Positions 43,786-53,034 are shown, numbered from the stretch's first letter. The stretch is DNA of 64,000 bases from Candidatus Kaiserbacteria bacterium (GCA_016217905.1 JACRFL010000013.1:3184-67183); one strand, 5' to 3'. Notes: generated by a model from the sequence alone, not told the origin. Numbers and translations are program-made.

Positions 43786-46700
43786 ATGGCCTCGCGCTTC
43801 ATCCACCTGCATACGCACAGCCACTACAGCTTTCTCCAGGCGTTACCGAAAGTTGACGAGCTGGTGGAGAAAGCGAAAAAGGAGGGCATGGATGCGCTCG
43901 CGCTCACCGACGCGGGTAACATGCACGGCGCGATAGAGTTCTACAAAGCGGCGAAAGCGGCCGGCGTAAAGCCCATTCTCGGAGTCGACGCGTATCTCGC
44001 TCCGCGCTCGCGGCACGACCGAGACCACGCCCTCGACGCGAAGCGCTCACGCCTCGTCCTTCTCGCAGAAAACAACGAAGGTTACGCGAACCTCCTCGCG
44101 CTTGTGACGAAGTCGTGGACGGAGGGGTTCTTCGAGCGTCCGCGCCTCGACAAGGAGCTTCTGCGCGAATATTCGCGCGGCATCATCGCGCTTCTGCCCT
44201 CGTTCGCGGGCGACATCGCGCAGTGTTTGCGCGCCGGAGACGCTGACGGCGCCGCAGCCGCGCTCGCCGAATTCAAAAATATCTTCGGCGCCGGGAACGT
44301 CTTTTTGGAAATTACGCACCATCCGAAAGTCGAGGGACATGAAGCGCTCATGCAAAAAATCGTTGCGCTCGGGCAGACGAGCGGTACGCCGCTCGTCGCC
44401 CAGCACGACGTGTACTATCTGGAGACCTCCGACCGCGAAGCGACCGAGATTATGCGCCGCATCCAGCACGGCGCACACGGCAGGAATGAGGACGAGGATT
44501 TCTCCTTTATTGGCGAAAAAGCCGCGGAGAAAATTTTTAAGGATACTCCCGACGCGATCGACAATTCGCGGAAGATCGCAGACCGCTGTTCCGTCTCTTT
44601 TGACCTCGGGAAATGGACCTTCCCCGCCGTGCCGGTGTCGCCCGGTTTTAAAAACCACGACGAAGAGCTCCGAGCGAAGGCGTACGCCGGCATCGCGACA
44701 CGGAAACTCGAAGAAACAAAAGAGGTTACCGACCGCATCGAATACGAATTGAATATCATTATCGGCAAAGATTTTGCGGTGTATTACCTCATCGTCGCGG
44801 ACCTGCTCGCGTTCGCGCGGCGCGAAGGCATCCTCACCACCACACGCGGGAGCGCTGCCGGAAGCCTCGTCGCGTATCTCATCGGCATCACGAACGTGAA
44901 TCCGCTTTTCTACAAGCTCCCCTTCGAACGGTTCCTCAATCCGGAGCGCCCGAAAGCGCCGGACATCGACATGGACATGGCCGACAACCGCCGCGACGAG
45001 ATGGTCGCGTACACGAAGCGGAAATACGGCGAAGACCACGTCGCACAGATAGGAACCTTCGGCACGATGATGGCGAGGGCGGCGGTGCGCGATGTCGCGC
45101 GCGCTCTCGGCCACGCCTATAGCGCCGGCGACCGCATCGCAAAGCTCATTCCGATGGGTTCTCAGGGTTTCCCGATGACCATCGACCGCGCGCTCGAGCT
45201 CGAGTCGGATCTGAAAGCGCTCTACGATGAGGACGACGAGTCGCGGGAAATACTCGACCTCGCAAAGCGCATTGAGGGCTGCGTGCGGCACGTGGGAGTG
45301 CATGCGGCGGGCGTCGTGGTCGCGCCGACCCCGCTTATCGAGTGGACGCCTATCCAGCCCGACCCGAAGGGTACCGGCAAGCTCATTACGCAATACGACA
45401 TGTACTCCATTACTGACGAGTACGGCGGTGTCGGGCTCCTGAAATTCGATTTCCTCGGCATCAAGAACCTTGCCATCCTCGCCGACGCGGTTGCACGCGT
45501 GAAAGAGACGCGCGGTATTGAGATCGATATCGAAAATGTTCCTATCGACGATGGTAAAACGTATCAGATGCTCGCTCGCGGTGAGACGGAGGGGACCTTC
45601 CAGCTAAACGGCTCCGGCATGACCCGCTGGCTGAAGGAGCTGTGCCCCACGACCATCCACGACATCAACGCGATGGTCGCGCTCTATCGCCCGGGGCCGA
45701 TGGAGACGATTCCGCAATACATTGAACGAAAGCACAATCCCAAGCTCGTCCGCTACGCGGACGAGCGCATGAAGGAGTATCTTGACTTCTCCTACGGCCT
45801 CCTCGTCTACCAAGATGACGTGCTCCTTACCGCCATCAAGCTCGCCGGCTATTCCTGGCTCGAGGCGGACCAGCTTCGCAAAGCGATGGGGAAAAAAATC
45901 CCGAAAGTCATGCAGGCGGAAAAACAGAAACTGACCCGGGGGTTCATCGGATACGGAAAACTTTCGGAGAGCATGGCGGAAAAACTCTGGAAGCTCATTG
46001 AGCCGTTCGCCGCGTACGGCTTCAACAAGGCACACGCAGCTTCATACGGCAAGGTCGCCTATCAAACGGCGTATATGAAAGCGAATTATCCGGTGGAGTA
46101 TCTCGCCGCACTCCTGACCGCCGACTCGGGCGACACCGACTCCATCGCCATTTTCGTCGCTGAAGCCAAGCGCATGGGTATCCCCGTATTTCCCCCGGAC
46201 GTGAACGAAAGCGGAACGGCATTTACCGTTGTCGGCGCGGATAGAGACGCGATCCGCTTCGGTTTGTCGTCCATTAAGAACTTCGGTGACGGCATCTCGG
46301 AGGCGATCATCGCCGAACGGAAGAAGCGCGGCCCTTTTGCTTCCCTCTCCGATTTCCTCTCTAGCGTCGGCTCGAGAAACCTGAACCGAAAATCGCTTGA
46401 GTCCTTGATCAAATGCGGAGCGCTTGACTCTCTAAACTCCTCACGCGACGGACGCGGCACCTTGCTCGACGGCATCGAAACCCTTCTCGCCTTTCATAAA
46501 GAGGCGACCGTGGTGGCGCCGCAAGATTCCCTTTTCGGCTCGCTCAACTTGGCGCCTTCGCTTACGCTTCCGGAAGGCAAGCCGACCTCGCTCTTTGACA
46601 AGCTCGCCTGGGAAAAGGAATTGCTCGGTATTTACGTAAGCGGCCACCCGCTTGATGCGCATGAAGCCATCGTCAAAAAATCTGCCTTTTCCGTTAAAAA

Positions 46701-46968
46701 AATAAAAGAAGAACCGCAGCCAGGAATGCTTCTCATCCTGCCCGTGCTCGTCTCAATCGTGCGCGCTCTTCTTACTAAGAGCGGCGAAAAGATGGCGTTC
46801 GTCACGATGGAAGACACCACAGACTCCATTGAAGCGGTCGTCTTCCCGAAACTTTTTAAAGAACATGCGGGCGTCATCGTGCCCGGAACATGTCTCCTTG
46901 TGAAAGGGAAAGTTTCGGTCCGAAACGGCGAACCCTCGCTCGCGATAGAAGAGCTCAAGCCGCTGTGA
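43786..46968 (+). CDS. dnaE: DNA polymerase III alpha subunit
   Basis: N-terminal PHP FIHLHTHSHYS, palm/fingers region, C-terminal OB fold. 1060 aa. Confidence 0.95.
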   Translation: MASRFIHLHTHSHYSFLQALPKVDELVEKAKKEGMDALALTDAGNMHGAIEFYKAAKAAGVKPILGVDAYLAPRSRHDRDHALDAKRSRLVLLAENNEGYANLLALVTKSWTEGFFERPRLDKELLREYSRGIIALLPSFAGDIAQCLRAGDADGAAAALAEFKNIFGAGNVFLEITHHPKVEGHEALMQKIVALGQTSGTPLVAQHDVYYLETSDREATEIMRRIQHGAHGRNEDEDFSFIGEKAAEKIFKDTPDAIDNSRKIADRCSVSFDLGKWTFPAVPVSPGFKNHDEELRAKAYAGIATRKLEETKEVTDRIEYELNIIIGKDFAVYYLIVADLLAFARREGILTTTRGSAAGSLVAYLIGITNVNPLFYKLPFERFLNPERPKAPDIDMDMADNRRDEMVAYTKRKYGEDHVAQIGTFGTMMARAAVRDVARALGHAYSAGDRIAKLIPMGSQGFPMTIDRALELESDLKALYDEDDESREILDLAKRIEGCVRHVGVHAAGVVVAPTPLIEWTPIQPDPKGTGKLITQYDMYSITDEYGGVGLLKFDFLGIKNLAILADAVARVKETRGIEIDIENVPIDDGKTYQMLARGETEGTFQLNGSGMTRWLKELCPTTIHDINAMVALYRPGPMETIPQYIERKHNPKLVRYADERMKEYLDFSYGLLVYQDDVLLTAIKLAGYSWLEADQLRKAMGKKIPKVMQAEKQKLTRGFIGYGKLSESMAEKLWKLIEPFAAYGFNKAHAASYGKVAYQTAYMKANYPVEYLAALLTADSGDTDSIAIFVAEAKRMGIPVFPPDVNESGTAFTVVGADRDAIRFGLSSIKNFGDGISEAIIAERKKRGPFASLSDFLSSVGSRNLNRKSLESLIKCGALDSLNSSRDGRGTLLDGIETLLAFHKEATVVAPQDSLFGSLNLAPSLTLPEGKPTSLFDKLAWEKELLGIYVSGHPLDAHEAIVKKSAFSVKKIKEEPQPGMLLILPVLVSIVRALLTKSGEKMAFVTMEDTTDSIEAVVFPKLFKEHAGVIVPGTCLLVKGKVSVRNGEPSLAIEELKPL

Positions 46969-46982
46969 TATATTCCACAGAT

Positions 46983-48224
46983 ATGGATATGCCTGCGGAG
47001 AAAGAACGCGATCATAAGAAGCTCGGCAAAGAGCTTGACCTCTTCACCTTCTCGGACTCGGTCGGCAAAGGACTTCCTCTTTTCACCCCCAAGGGCTCGG
47101 TTGTTCGCCGCGAACTTGAACGTTTTATTGTTGACGAAGAGATTCGACGCGGCTACCTCCACGTGTACACGCCCGATATCGCGAAAATTGATTTGTATAA
47201 AAAAAGTGGTCACTATCCGCACTACAAGGATTCTATGTACGCGCCTATTGAAATAGACAAGGAACAATTTATGCTCCGTCCGATGACTTGTCCGCATCAC
47301 TTTGAACTCTACCTGCGCAAGCCGGTGAGCTATCGTGAGTTGCCGATGCGCATTGCCGAGCTCGCGAAACTGTATCGTTACGAACAGTCCGGCGAAATTA
47401 TGGGGCTGCAACGAGTTCGCACTTTCTGTCTGGCCGATGCACATATTATTTGCGCAAACGAAGAACAGGCCGTGGATGAAATCAGCGGGGCGCTTGACCT
47501 CATTGAATACGTCACTTCCGTATTCGATCTCGCGCTTGACGTGGATTACCGTTATCGCCTTTCGCTCGGCGATCGCGCGAACACAGAAAAATATTATGCA
47601 AATGACGACGGCTGGGAGAAAGCGGAGGACCTTCTGCGAAAGCTGATGCAAAAGCGCGGTTCAAAATTTGAAGAAGCGAAGGATGAGGCCGCCTTCTATG
47701 GACCGAAAATTGATATTCAAATGAAAAATGTGAACGGAAAAGAAGATACTGCCTTTACCGTGCAGTACGACTTTTGCATGCCGGAGCGATTTGACCTTTC
47801 ATACATCGGCGAGGATGGTGAAAAGCATCGTGCGTTTGTTGTGCATCGCTCCTCTATCGGTGCCATTGAACGTATTATGGCGTTCCTCATAGAGAAATAT
47901 GCGGGTGCCTTCCCGCTCTGGCTTGCGCCCGTGCAGGCCACAGTGTTGAGCGTGTCGGAGAAACATGCGGCGTATGCGCGGGAAGTCGCCAATGCGCTTA
48001 GGGCAGAGAACATCCGTGCGAACGTAGACGACACGAACGAATCGCTTGGGAAAAAGATACGCAACGCGAAGACGGAAAAAATTCCCTACTCGCTTGTCGT
48101 CGGCGATGCCGAAGTCGCCGCAAAGACAGTTTCGGTCGACAGCCGCGACCACGGAAAGCTCGGCGCGACTTCCCTGTCTGATTTCATTGCAAAAGCGGTT
48201 GAAGAAATAAGAGATCGAAAATAA
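46983..48224 (+). CDS. thrS: Threonyl-tRNA synthetase, catalytic core plus anticodon-binding domain only
   Basis: Starts at ERDHKKLGKELDLF, which corresponds to the start of the class II core in E. coli ThrRS as recalled. ATG 46983. Confidence 0.9.
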   Translation: MDMPAEKERDHKKLGKELDLFTFSDSVGKGLPLFTPKGSVVRRELERFIVDEEIRRGYLHVYTPDIAKIDLYKKSGHYPHYKDSMYAPIEIDKEQFMLRPMTCPHHFELYLRKPVSYRELPMRIAELAKLYRYEQSGEIMGLQRVRTFCLADAHIICANEEQAVDEISGALDLIEYVTSVFDLALDVDYRYRLSLGDRANTEKYYANDDGWEKAEDLLRKLMQKRGSKFEEAKDEAAFYGPKIDIQMKNVNGKEDTAFTVQYDFCMPERFDLSYIGEDGEKHRAFVVHRSSIGAIERIMAFLIEKYAGAFPLWLAPVQATVLSVSEKHAAYAREVANALRAENIRANVDDTNESLGKKIRNAKTEKIPYSLVVGDAEVAAKTVSVDSRDHGKLGATSLSDFIAKAVEEIRDRK

Positions 48225-48242
48225 GGAAGTCTGACTTCCCTA
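48222..48242. repeat. Palindromic element family B copy filling the gap between the thrS stop and the convergent surface-protein stop
   Basis: TAAGGAAGTC-T-GACTTCCCTA (one arm mismatch). Begins with the thrS TAA. Confidence 0.7.
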
Positions 48243-48243
48243 C

Positions 48244-51063
48244 TTAGGCGCCGAGGATCGCGAGCGCACGAGTAAGCGCGAGCTTCGCGCCCGTCACGCC
48301 CGTCGAGTAGCTGGAGTCGATAGCGGTTGTGAGGGAGGCAACGAGCTTCTCCAGAACCGGCGTCGAAAATCGGGCGGTCAAGCGTACGATTCCGGCATCG
48401 CAGGTAGTGCCGTCAATACGCGCGCGATACGCGTCGTCGATGAGGCAGACGATGCTTGAGAGAAGCTGCTCCGGCGCACCGGCACCCTGCACATGCCCCC
48501 GCAACCCAGCGAAGACCGCGGCACGGTCGCCCTCAAGCAGCGCGGCGGCAAAATCGCGAACGGATGCGGGTGCTGCAACTGCCGTCGCCGCCTCGCCGGT
48601 ATCGGCGGCAATCGGTTCGACGTTTTCATACACCGGCTCAACCCTTTCATATATCGGCTCTACTCGCGGCGCCGGTTCCCCTTTTTCTTCGACAGTTCGC
48701 GGAAGATGGTGCCGCGAAAGGCTCTTCACGATGTCATCAATCGAGAGCGCGCCGTCGTGCGCAAAAGACTTGAATCCGTGGTACGGCGAATACCCGCGCG
48801 GCGTCGCGGGCTCTGGCACAGGGAGAAGAGATTCGTTTTTCTCCGGAGGTTTCGGGTGCGGCGGAGCTACGGAAACGGCCCGCGTGGAAAGCGCAGTCGA
48901 AACGCGGGAAACGAAGCTGCGAATCGAGCGGTTCGCGAACGGCACCGCGCCGAAGAGCACGAGATACGCAAGCGCGAGCGCCCATCCGACAAGGGCGATC
49001 CAATACAGTACCGTGCCGACGGGTCCGAGCTCAAGGCCGGTGTACGGAATTTGAGAAAGATAGAGATACGCGAGCGGTTGCGCGTTCACGTGCGGAAGCG
49101 CCGCAAGCGTGATGGTCGGCGGAGGCGGGCCTCCTCCGCCACCACCGCCACCACCGCAGTTGCTGGTGCATCCGCCTCCGCCTCCGCCAGTCACAGAGAG
49201 CGCCGCGGTACAGGTGAGCGTCTGGCCGGTATTCGCCGTGAATACACCGGTGTACGTGTAGCTGCCTACGGCCGTCGGCGACACACTTGTCGAACTCGGT
49301 ATCGTCGTCGTCGCGCCGACACCGTTGTCTATAGACACGCTTTGTATTCCCGAGCCGCCCCACGAGAGCGTCGCCGAACTGCCAGAAACAATGCTGGTCG
49401 GACTGACGGCGAGAACGCACGACGGACCTCCGCCGCCGCCTCCGCCTGTGTTAACCGAGACCGTCGCGGTACAAGTCGCGGTTCCACCCGTCGGACTCAC
49501 CACTGTGCCGGTAAAGATAGTGTCCGCATTGATCGCGAGAGACATTATCGAACCGCCCACTGCGGGACTCACCGAGCCGATGCCCTGATTAATACTGAAA
49601 GTGTCGGCATTTGTGGCCGTCCACGTAAGCGATGCGCGATCGCCTCTATTCACTTTCACCGGAGAGGCGAGAAGCGTGCAGGTGGGTGCGGACGGAGGGG
49701 GTGGGGGTGGGGGTTTCGTCGTGACCGTCACCGTCGCCGCGCAAGTTGCCGAGCCGCCCGCGCCGGTGGCGGTGCCGGTGTACGTGGTGGTAAGGGTCGG
49801 CGAGACCGACTTCGAGCCGGACGCGACCGGCGCCACGGAGCCGATAGTGTGATTAATCGAGAACGATGCCGCATTCGCGGTCGTCCAAGAAAGTGTCGAA
49901 GGCGAGCCGGTCTGAATAGTCGTCGGCGATGCGACAAGGGTGCAGGTGGGAGCGGGAGGTGGGGGTGGGAGATGCGGGTATGTGCAGGTGATACCGGCCT
50001 GGCTCGTCGCAGCCGGGTTGTAGTTGGTGGCGGAGGGGTCCATACAGCCGTAAACGGGAGGGGGCGGGGGCGGTGTTGGGGTGACCGTAACGGTTGTCGA
50101 GCACGTTACAGAACCGCCCGCGCCGGTGGCGGTGCCGGTGTACGTGGTGGTAAGGGTCGGCGAGACCGACTTCGAGCCGGACGCGACCGGCGCCACGGAG
50201 CCGATAGTGTGGTCGATGGAAAATGCCGCAGCACTCGTCGTCGTCCATGAAAGCGTTAAAGAGGAGCCGACTTGGACGGTCGAAGGCGACGCCGAGAGTG
50301 CACAGGCAGGAGTGACAAGGGGCGGAGGAGCGCAACCCGGATCAGTCCCTATGTATTTATAGTTTCGCGGAGTCGAATCATCGTAGGCCCAGATCTGCCA
50401 GTTATTCCCGTTTAGATCATTACCGCCAGTACAGTAATTGGTCCAGATGGGCTCGACGACAACGGGAGCGACACATCCGTTCGCAATCGTTCCGTTTTCT
50501 ACAAACAGGTAGTTCGTCGGGGTGGAATTATCGTATGCCCATATTTGCCATGGGTGCAAAACGTCATTCGCTCCCGTACAGTAATTAGTCCACACGGGGG
50601 GCGGGGACGAGACTGCGATCTCAGCCGTACAGGTACCCTCCCCGCCCGGGCCCGAGACAGTCATCGTGTAGTTCGTCGTCGCTGTGACGGAGATTGTTCG
50701 AGAGCCGGAGTCAGCGGGCGAAACCGCTCCTACACCGTTGTCGATAGCTGCGCCCGTGGCCGTAGTCGTTGTCCACGAGAGCGTCGAGGAGCCGCCGCCG
50801 AAGGCGAGCGAAGCCGGGTTCGCGGAGAGCGCGCAGGTGGGTGCGGGCGGCCCGTCTAGACCGCCGCCGCCGCCGTCACCAGCGCCGCCTCCTCCCCCGC
50901 CCCCATCTCCGCCGCCACCTCCTCCACCGCCCCCATCTCCCTCGGCAAGCGCATGGAGAACGCCGAACGGAGACAACTCACCGTAGTGCTGCAGCACAAA
51001 GCCGCGCGAGAGCGCGAGTAGCATAAAAAGCAGTATCAGGGTGATCGAATATCGGAAAGGCAT
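48244..51063 (-). CDS. Large repeat-containing surface protein with IPYTG motif, membrane helix and about 230-aa C-terminal domain
   Basis: Signal-like N-terminus, poly-Gly tract, five Cys-bracketed Ig-like repeats (C.L.ASP...LSWTT...TC...V.V) joined by poly-Pro/Gly linkers, then SQIPYTG plus a hydrophobic helix. Confidence 0.75.
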   Translation of the reverse strand: MPFRYSITLILLFMLLALSRGFVLQHYGELSPFGVLHALAEGDGGGGGGGGGDGGGGGGGAGDGGGGGLDGPPAPTCALSANPASLAFGGGSSTLSWTTTTATGAAIDNGVGAVSPADSGSRTISVTATTNYTMTVSGPGGEGTCTAEIAVSSPPPVWTNYCTGANDVLHPWQIWAYDNSTPTNYLFVENGTIANGCVAPVVVEPIWTNYCTGGNDLNGNNWQIWAYDDSTPRNYKYIGTDPGCAPPPLVTPACALSASPSTVQVGSSLTLSWTTTSAAAFSIDHTIGSVAPVASGSKSVSPTLTTTYTGTATGAGGSVTCSTTVTVTPTPPPPPPVYGCMDPSATNYNPAATSQAGITCTYPHLPPPPPAPTCTLVASPTTIQTGSPSTLSWTTANAASFSINHTIGSVAPVASGSKSVSPTLTTTYTGTATGAGGSATCAATVTVTTKPPPPPPPSAPTCTLLASPVKVNRGDRASLTWTATNADTFSINQGIGSVSPAVGGSIMSLAINADTIFTGTVVSPTGGTATCTATVSVNTGGGGGGGPSCVLAVSPTSIVSGSSATLSWGGSGIQSVSIDNGVGATTTIPSSTSVSPTAVGSYTYTGVFTANTGQTLTCTAALSVTGGGGGGCTSNCGGGGGGGGGPPPPTITLAALPHVNAQPLAYLYLSQIPYTGLELGPVGTVLYWIALVGWALALAYLVLFGAVPFANRSIRSFVSRVSTALSTRAVSVAPPHPKPPEKNESLLPVPEPATPRGYSPYHGFKSFAHDGALSIDDIVKSLSRHHLPRTVEEKGEPAPRVEPIYERVEPVYENVEPIAADTGEAATAVAAPASVRDFAAALLEGDRAAVFAGLRGHVQGAGAPEQLLSSIVCLIDDAYRARIDGTTCDAGIVRLTARFSTPVLEKLVASLTTAIDSSYSTGVTGAKLALTRALAILGA
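49754..49851. repeat. 98-nt perfect direct repeat, copy 1 (within the surface-protein gene)
   Basis: Identical to 50114..50211. The 360-nt offset equals one 120-codon protein repeat. Confidence 0.9.
50114..50211. repeat. 98-nt perfect direct repeat, copy 2
   Basis: Identical to 49754..49851. Confidence 0.9.
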
Positions 51064-51115
51064 GCGTTAATTCCTATTTCCGAGACGCCTCATCGAGACG
51101 TGCCGGAAAAGGGAT

Positions 51116-51148
51116 CCATCGGGAGATGCGCGAACGCACCTCCGATGG
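51116..51148 (-). terminator. Imperfect hairpin plus T-tract after gene 51164..52234
   Basis: CCATCGG...CCGATGG arms. The minus strand continues ATCCCTTTTCC. Confidence 0.3.
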
Positions 51149-51163
51149 ACACGAGCGCAGAGA

Positions 51164-52234
51164 TTATTCGATCCAGTGCTCGTTCATGATGCAATCCGGG
51201 ACCGGATTGCTGTCCCACTCGCCGAGCGTAGTGCCCGGCAAACGGTTGAAGAACCGGAGCTCGTGGAGCCCCGTTTGGTGATATCGAGGCGGCGATACGA
51301 CATCATCGTTTATCGATACAACCCGGATTGCATCCCAAGTCTCGAGCTGAGCTCGTGAAAACTGAAGCTCGTGGAGCCCCGTTATCGGGACATCGCCAAG
51401 GACGTGCTCCTCGGTTACCGCAGGCGCTTCGCCGCGAACCTCCGGTGTCATGATGAACGACACACGGAAGACCCTGGTGGTCGCACTGCGCGCGATTTCT
51501 CCGGCAGCGTAGGCCTTGCGGAACTGCCCGCCGTGCATCCGCGAGACATGCGATGCTCCGACGAATTTTTCTTCGAGCTCTTCTTTTGCCGCCGTGCGCT
51601 CGACCCCAGGAAGGTTGAATGCTTTGCGTTCCCAAACGTTCACCTTCAGGGTGTACACGTCCGGGCACGCCCCGAGTGGCTTGAGAACGGCAGGCACTAC
51701 CGGTTGTTCCGGAGAAGCCGTTGCCACCCAGCTGACGTTGAAGCACACGAATGGGAGGTACAGAACGTAAACCTTCCCTTCGTGCGCAAACGTCCACGAG
51801 AACGCCTTCGCCGCTTCGGCGACCGCGCCCTTGCGGTACGACCGGCCGTCGGGCGATTTGAGAACCGGCAATTCCCCCACCGTGACGTTGTTCATCACGT
51901 GCGGTTTGGGGCCGCCGCTCCACATCTGCTCGAGCCGCTGGTGCGGCGTAAGCCACACCTCGGTGCCGCCTTTGCAGGTGGCGCCGAGAGCGGCCTTGAA
52001 ATGCTCCTTGACCGGCGGCGGCATGTTAAAGCCGTCGATGGACTCAATAAGCACTTTCGCGCATGCTTCCTCTTTCGAAGAAGCAAACGGTGCGATGTTC
52101 CACCTGTCCCATTTCACTCCGGCCTCGGCTGCTCGCACCTCCGGGATGACCATTGTCGGAATGAATATGAGCAGCAAAAACGCTGCGAACAGGAGAAGCA
52201 CCTTGAAGGCGATTTCCCGCACTTTGATTTTCAT
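51164..52234 (-). CDS. Secreted/membrane-anchored hypothetical protein (356 aa)
   Basis: ATG 52234. N-terminal helix VLLLFAAFLLLIFIPTMVI. No family recognised. Confidence 0.55.
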   Translation of the reverse strand: MKIKVREIAFKVLLLFAAFLLLIFIPTMVIPEVRAAEAGVKWDRWNIAPFASSKEEACAKVLIESIDGFNMPPPVKEHFKAALGATCKGGTEVWLTPHQRLEQMWSGGPKPHVMNNVTVGELPVLKSPDGRSYRKGAVAEAAKAFSWTFAHEGKVYVLYLPFVCFNVSWVATASPEQPVVPAVLKPLGACPDVYTLKVNVWERKAFNLPGVERTAAKEELEEKFVGASHVSRMHGGQFRKAYAAGEIARSATTRVFRVSFIMTPEVRGEAPAVTEEHVLGDVPITGLHELQFSRAQLETWDAIRVVSINDDVVSPPRYHQTGLHELRFFNRLPGTTLGEWDSNPVPDCIMNEHWIE

Positions 52235-52298
52235 AGCACTTCTCCTGCCTGTGCCGCGCAAGCGGCGATTGGTTGAAAGAACTTTTCTCTCCCTTACG

Positions 52299-52344
52299 GA
52301 GAGCCACGCGATTTCCGGCGTTAGCCGGAAATCGCGTGGCTCTC
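52299..52344. repeat. 46-nt hairpin with 21-bp perfect arms; the sortase stop codon sits in the GTTA loop
   Basis: GAGAGCCACGCGATTTCCGGC-GTTA-GCCGGAAATCGCGTGGCTCTC. Confidence 0.85.
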
Positions 52345-52998
52345 AACAAAGTCTGCGGTGACAACGAACCGGTCCGTTTTCTTCCCGAAGGAGTCGCAGG
52401 TCACAAGCGTAAGCACCTTCCCCCCTGTAGAAAGCGGAATGGCCGTGTTATCGTTCGCGCTTTCTTTCGCGACGCTTTGCACCCGGTACGTATACGCCGC
52501 GCCCGAAGCGTACACGATAATCGCGTCTCCGGCAACGAGCTTCTGGATGCCGTTGAAGGTCTTGTACGCTTGATTCTTGACGACCGGCAGGTAGCTCGAG
52601 TGCCCGAAGAGAACGACATTGCCCGTCTCTCCGAGCAGGGCCGATGTCGGGTAGCGCACCGCTCCCGACAGGAGCTCTCGGTCAAGCGCATCGATTGCGG
52701 TCGTTGTCGGGTTCACGACTGCCGCCGAAAGGCCGATGGCGGAAATTTCTATCTTCGTCGGCAATTCAGAAACGACCGGTGACGCCTGCGTTCTCCGCTC
52801 CGATGTCGCGCGCGAGACGGCCGGAGACGCGGAAACGGCACCGGTCGCACGCGCTTCCGGCAAAAGATCGAGCCTGCCGAGCACGGCGATGCTTCCGAGA
52901 AACAGTGCGGCGAAAAAACAAAGAAAGCTCCACTTCCGCGCGTACGCGCGCTCCGCGGCTTCGACAAGCCCCACGATAAAATCAATAAACTTCTGCAT
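52321..52998 (-). CDS. Sortase-family transpeptidase
   Basis: N-terminal anchor helix, VVLFGHSSY (His), LTLVTCD (TLxTC Cys), RFVV (Arg). Confidence 0.8.
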   Translation of the reverse strand: MQKFIDFIVGLVEAAERAYARKWSFLCFFAALFLGSIAVLGRLDLLPEARATGAVSASPAVSRATSERRTQASPVVSELPTKIEISAIGLSAAVVNPTTTAIDALDRELLSGAVRYPTSALLGETGNVVLFGHSSYLPVVKNQAYKTFNGIQKLVAGDAIIVYASGAAYTYRVQSVAKESANDNTAIPLSTGGKVLTLVTCDSFGKKTDRFVVTADFVESHAISG

Positions 52999-53034
52999 AT
53001 CGTCTTATCAAGAAATACACCATTGTGTTACACC

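Noticed and set aside
49090-49200. Short-period DNA repeats (GGN/CCN runs here and at 13560-13660, 49430-49450, 50860-50950, 63915-63950) as possible CRISPR or satellite arrays.
   Set aside because: They are in-frame poly-Gly/poly-Pro coding tracts inside surface-protein genes. There is no repeat-spacer architecture.
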